Part shown: piece after piece, positions 62,498 through 64,000 of the stretch | Position numbering within the stretch: the first letter of the stretch is position 1 | Layout: every line of letters starts with the position of its first letter | Assembly (NCBI GenBank): GCA_001790445.1 | Contig: MGCQ01000001.1 | Coordinates: 40,462-104,461 of the forward strand | Reading direction: 5' to 3' | DNA from: Candidatus Saccharibacteria bacterium RIFCSPHIGHO2_12_FULL_41_12 | Lineage (GTDB): Bacteria > Patescibacteriota > Saccharimonadia > Saccharimonadales > 2-12-FULL-41-12 | DNA length: 64,000 nt | Position numbers and translations under genes: made by a program | The notes under the pieces: model-generated | The model's input: only the letters and a program-made list of their open reading frames with translations | Database searches by the model: none | What the model was told of the DNA's origin: nothing

Positions 62498-64000
62498 ATG
62501 ACAAACGATCTTCTCCCACCCCAAGAAAAAGGCCCAAATAGAGTCGACGGTAGCAATCCTGATGACCTTGTTAATCAAATAACCATAAGATCTCGTGAGG
62601 GGAGAATAGTTGAAGCTCTGGTGCCGATTGAAATTATCGAACAATCAGACGTGCCTGTTGACCATGCACACGTAAATGACCTAGAAGATTCAATAGCTAG
62701 AGTTAAGGCCAGTGACCCCGAAAACGAGACCGGCCAACTTGCTCCGGTGATATTAGGATGCATAAACGGCGAAGAAAAACTTCATATTATTGATGGGTTC
62801 CATAGAGTAGCCTCTAAAGATCAAAGTGGTGATAAATTTGTTCTTTGCAGAGTCTTGGTAGATTGTACGTGGGAAGAGCTGTTTGATCATAGAATTATTT
62901 CAGCCACCTCACATCAGGCAACAAAAATTCCTAGAATAATTGAATGGGTTCAACAAGCTTGGAGTAGCACTGAGTGGGGAGACAGGACAAATGTTCGTTC
63001 AATAACTGCGCCCCAAGCGTTCAGTATGGTCGAGAGAAAATCCGTGGGCAAAGGTCTTGGCTTGAACGAAGACGAAGCCGAAGCGATAAAACAGTGGGTT
63101 ACAACTAAAACAAATTACTGGAAAATAAGCATAAATACAATAGATAAACATCTCCGTTTAATTGGATCAATCGACCCAGAGCTAATCAAAACTGCTCGTG
63201 AAAGAGCTGGTAAAGACAAGCTCGAGGAAATTACACCACAACATCTTGCAAGAATGGCAAAACATCTTGATGGAAAATTCGATCACCAGCGGTTAGTAAC
63301 AGAATTTGCGATTAAGCATAATGCCAGTGTTGCTGTTACGGAAAGAGTTTCAGCGACCATATCTGATGTTGATGATGTTGACGCGATCTCTGAACTTATG
63401 GAAAACTCCGAGTGGATAAAGAAAATGATAGCCCATAGGTCAAAAGATTCGAAAAAACTCAGTAGTGTAAAAGCCGAAGAAGAGGGTGACCTGTCTAATT
63501 TAGTAGTCGACGAAATTGATCTCTGCCGTGATGCTCTAAGAATATTGTTGCTAAGGAAAAGATACACTGCCCCGCGCGTAGCAGCAAAAGAAAGGCACCA
63601 TATAAATGTAGTTTCTGAGGCGGTAGAGGCACTACAGCCCCATGTCTGGACAAGAGATCAAAGAAAAGAAGTTAGAGACGTAATTGGTATAGCACAGGAG
63701 CCAGTTACAACAAGACTTATTTCAAAACATGGTTTATTTGGAGATGAAGCAGTCGAATTGGTTGACGAAGCCAAGAAACGAATTTTCCAGGATATAAAGA
63801 GCGGCGCTCTGAAATTTATTGGACCACTCGAAAAGGATCAAGATATTATCGGTTTGTTCATTAACACAGTAAACGATGAAATAAGTATGCGTAGGAGACG
63901 TAAAGCTTTTCAAGATGATCCTAACGACGCACCTTACATTGCACCCAAAAGAAAAGTGCTCACTCTTGATCTTAAGTCATATGCAAAAGCTATGCAGAGT
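62498..64000 (+). CDS. ParB/Srx-like N-terminal-domain protein, more than 500 aa, 3'-truncated by the window edge (not in the ORF track)
   Basis: My translation is open for 501 codons from ATG 62498 to the window end. N-terminus: VPIEIIEQSD...HVNDLEDSIARV...LHIIDGFHRVAS (ParB-like DGxHR motif). Confidence 0.8.
   Translation, partial: MTNDLLPPQEKGPNRVDGSNPDDLVNQITIRSREGRIVEALVPIEIIEQSDVPVDHAHVNDLEDSIARVKASDPENETGQLAPVILGCINGEEKLHIIDGFHRVASKDQSGDKFVLCRVLVDCTWEELFDHRIISATSHQATKIPRIIEWVQQAWSSTEWGDRTNVRSITAPQAFSMVERKSVGKGLGLNEDEAEAIKQWVTTKTNYWKISINTIDKHLRLIGSIDPELIKTARERAGKDKLEEITPQHLARMAKHLDGKFDHQRLVTEFAIKHNASVAVTERVSATISDVDDVDAISELMENSEWIKKMIAHRSKDSKKLSSVKAEEEGDLSNLVVDEIDLCRDALRILLLRKRYTAPRVAAKERHHINVVSEAVEALQPHVWTRDQRKEVRDVIGIAQEPVTTRLISKHGLFGDEAVELVDEAKKRIFQDIKSGALKFIGPLEKDQDIIGLFINTVNDEISMRRRRKAFQDDPNDAPYIAPKRKVLTLDLKSYAKAMQS

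Noticed and set aside
1-64000. Alternative genetic code with TGA as a sense codon
   Set aside because: TGA terminates rplC (703-705), rpsS (2924-2926) and others at the expected protein lengths. No conserved protein needs read-through.

Overview
AT-rich, gene-dense bacterial chromosome segment using the standard genetic code (TGA is a stop, e.g. 703-705 and 2924-2926). The first 15.5 kb is one fused S10-spc-alpha ribosomal-protein superoperon (rplC to rplQ, then rplM-rpsI). The rest holds secE-nusG-rplKA, rplJL, replication and repair genes (holB, dnaX, dnaB, ybaB, recR), trpS, cysS, six tRNAs, a thymidylate/deoxypyrimidine cluster, envelope glycosyltransferases, trehalose synthesis and two orphan histidine kinases. 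There is no rpmD, adk or map in the operon, many r-proteins carry Lys-rich tails, and several conserved loci are fragmented. Together this suggests a reduced CPR/Patescibacteria-type genome, possibly Saccharibacteria-like; this is inference only. The most unusual signal is five paralogous 111/117-nt structured inserts that split r-protein gene junctions which are normally contiguous. Each insert is also an exactly in-frame 36-38-codon mini-cistron, coupled by start and stop to both neighbouring genes, and it ends in a covarying hairpin that presents the Shine-Dalgarno (SD) sequence of the next gene. Other items worth a second look: a tandemly rearranged tRNA-Gln locus with an 87-nt structured module inserted at the T-stem/T-loop boundary of tRNA-derived sequence; a Tmk-(tandem ThyX-like) fusion next to a complete ThyA+DHFR pair; orphan ORFs inserted at rplO|secY and rplK|rplA; two long strand-specific hairpins at operon ends; several apparently leaderless genes; and a terminal accessory region with a degenerate GGDEF protein followed by a large ParB/Srx-like protein that runs off the window.
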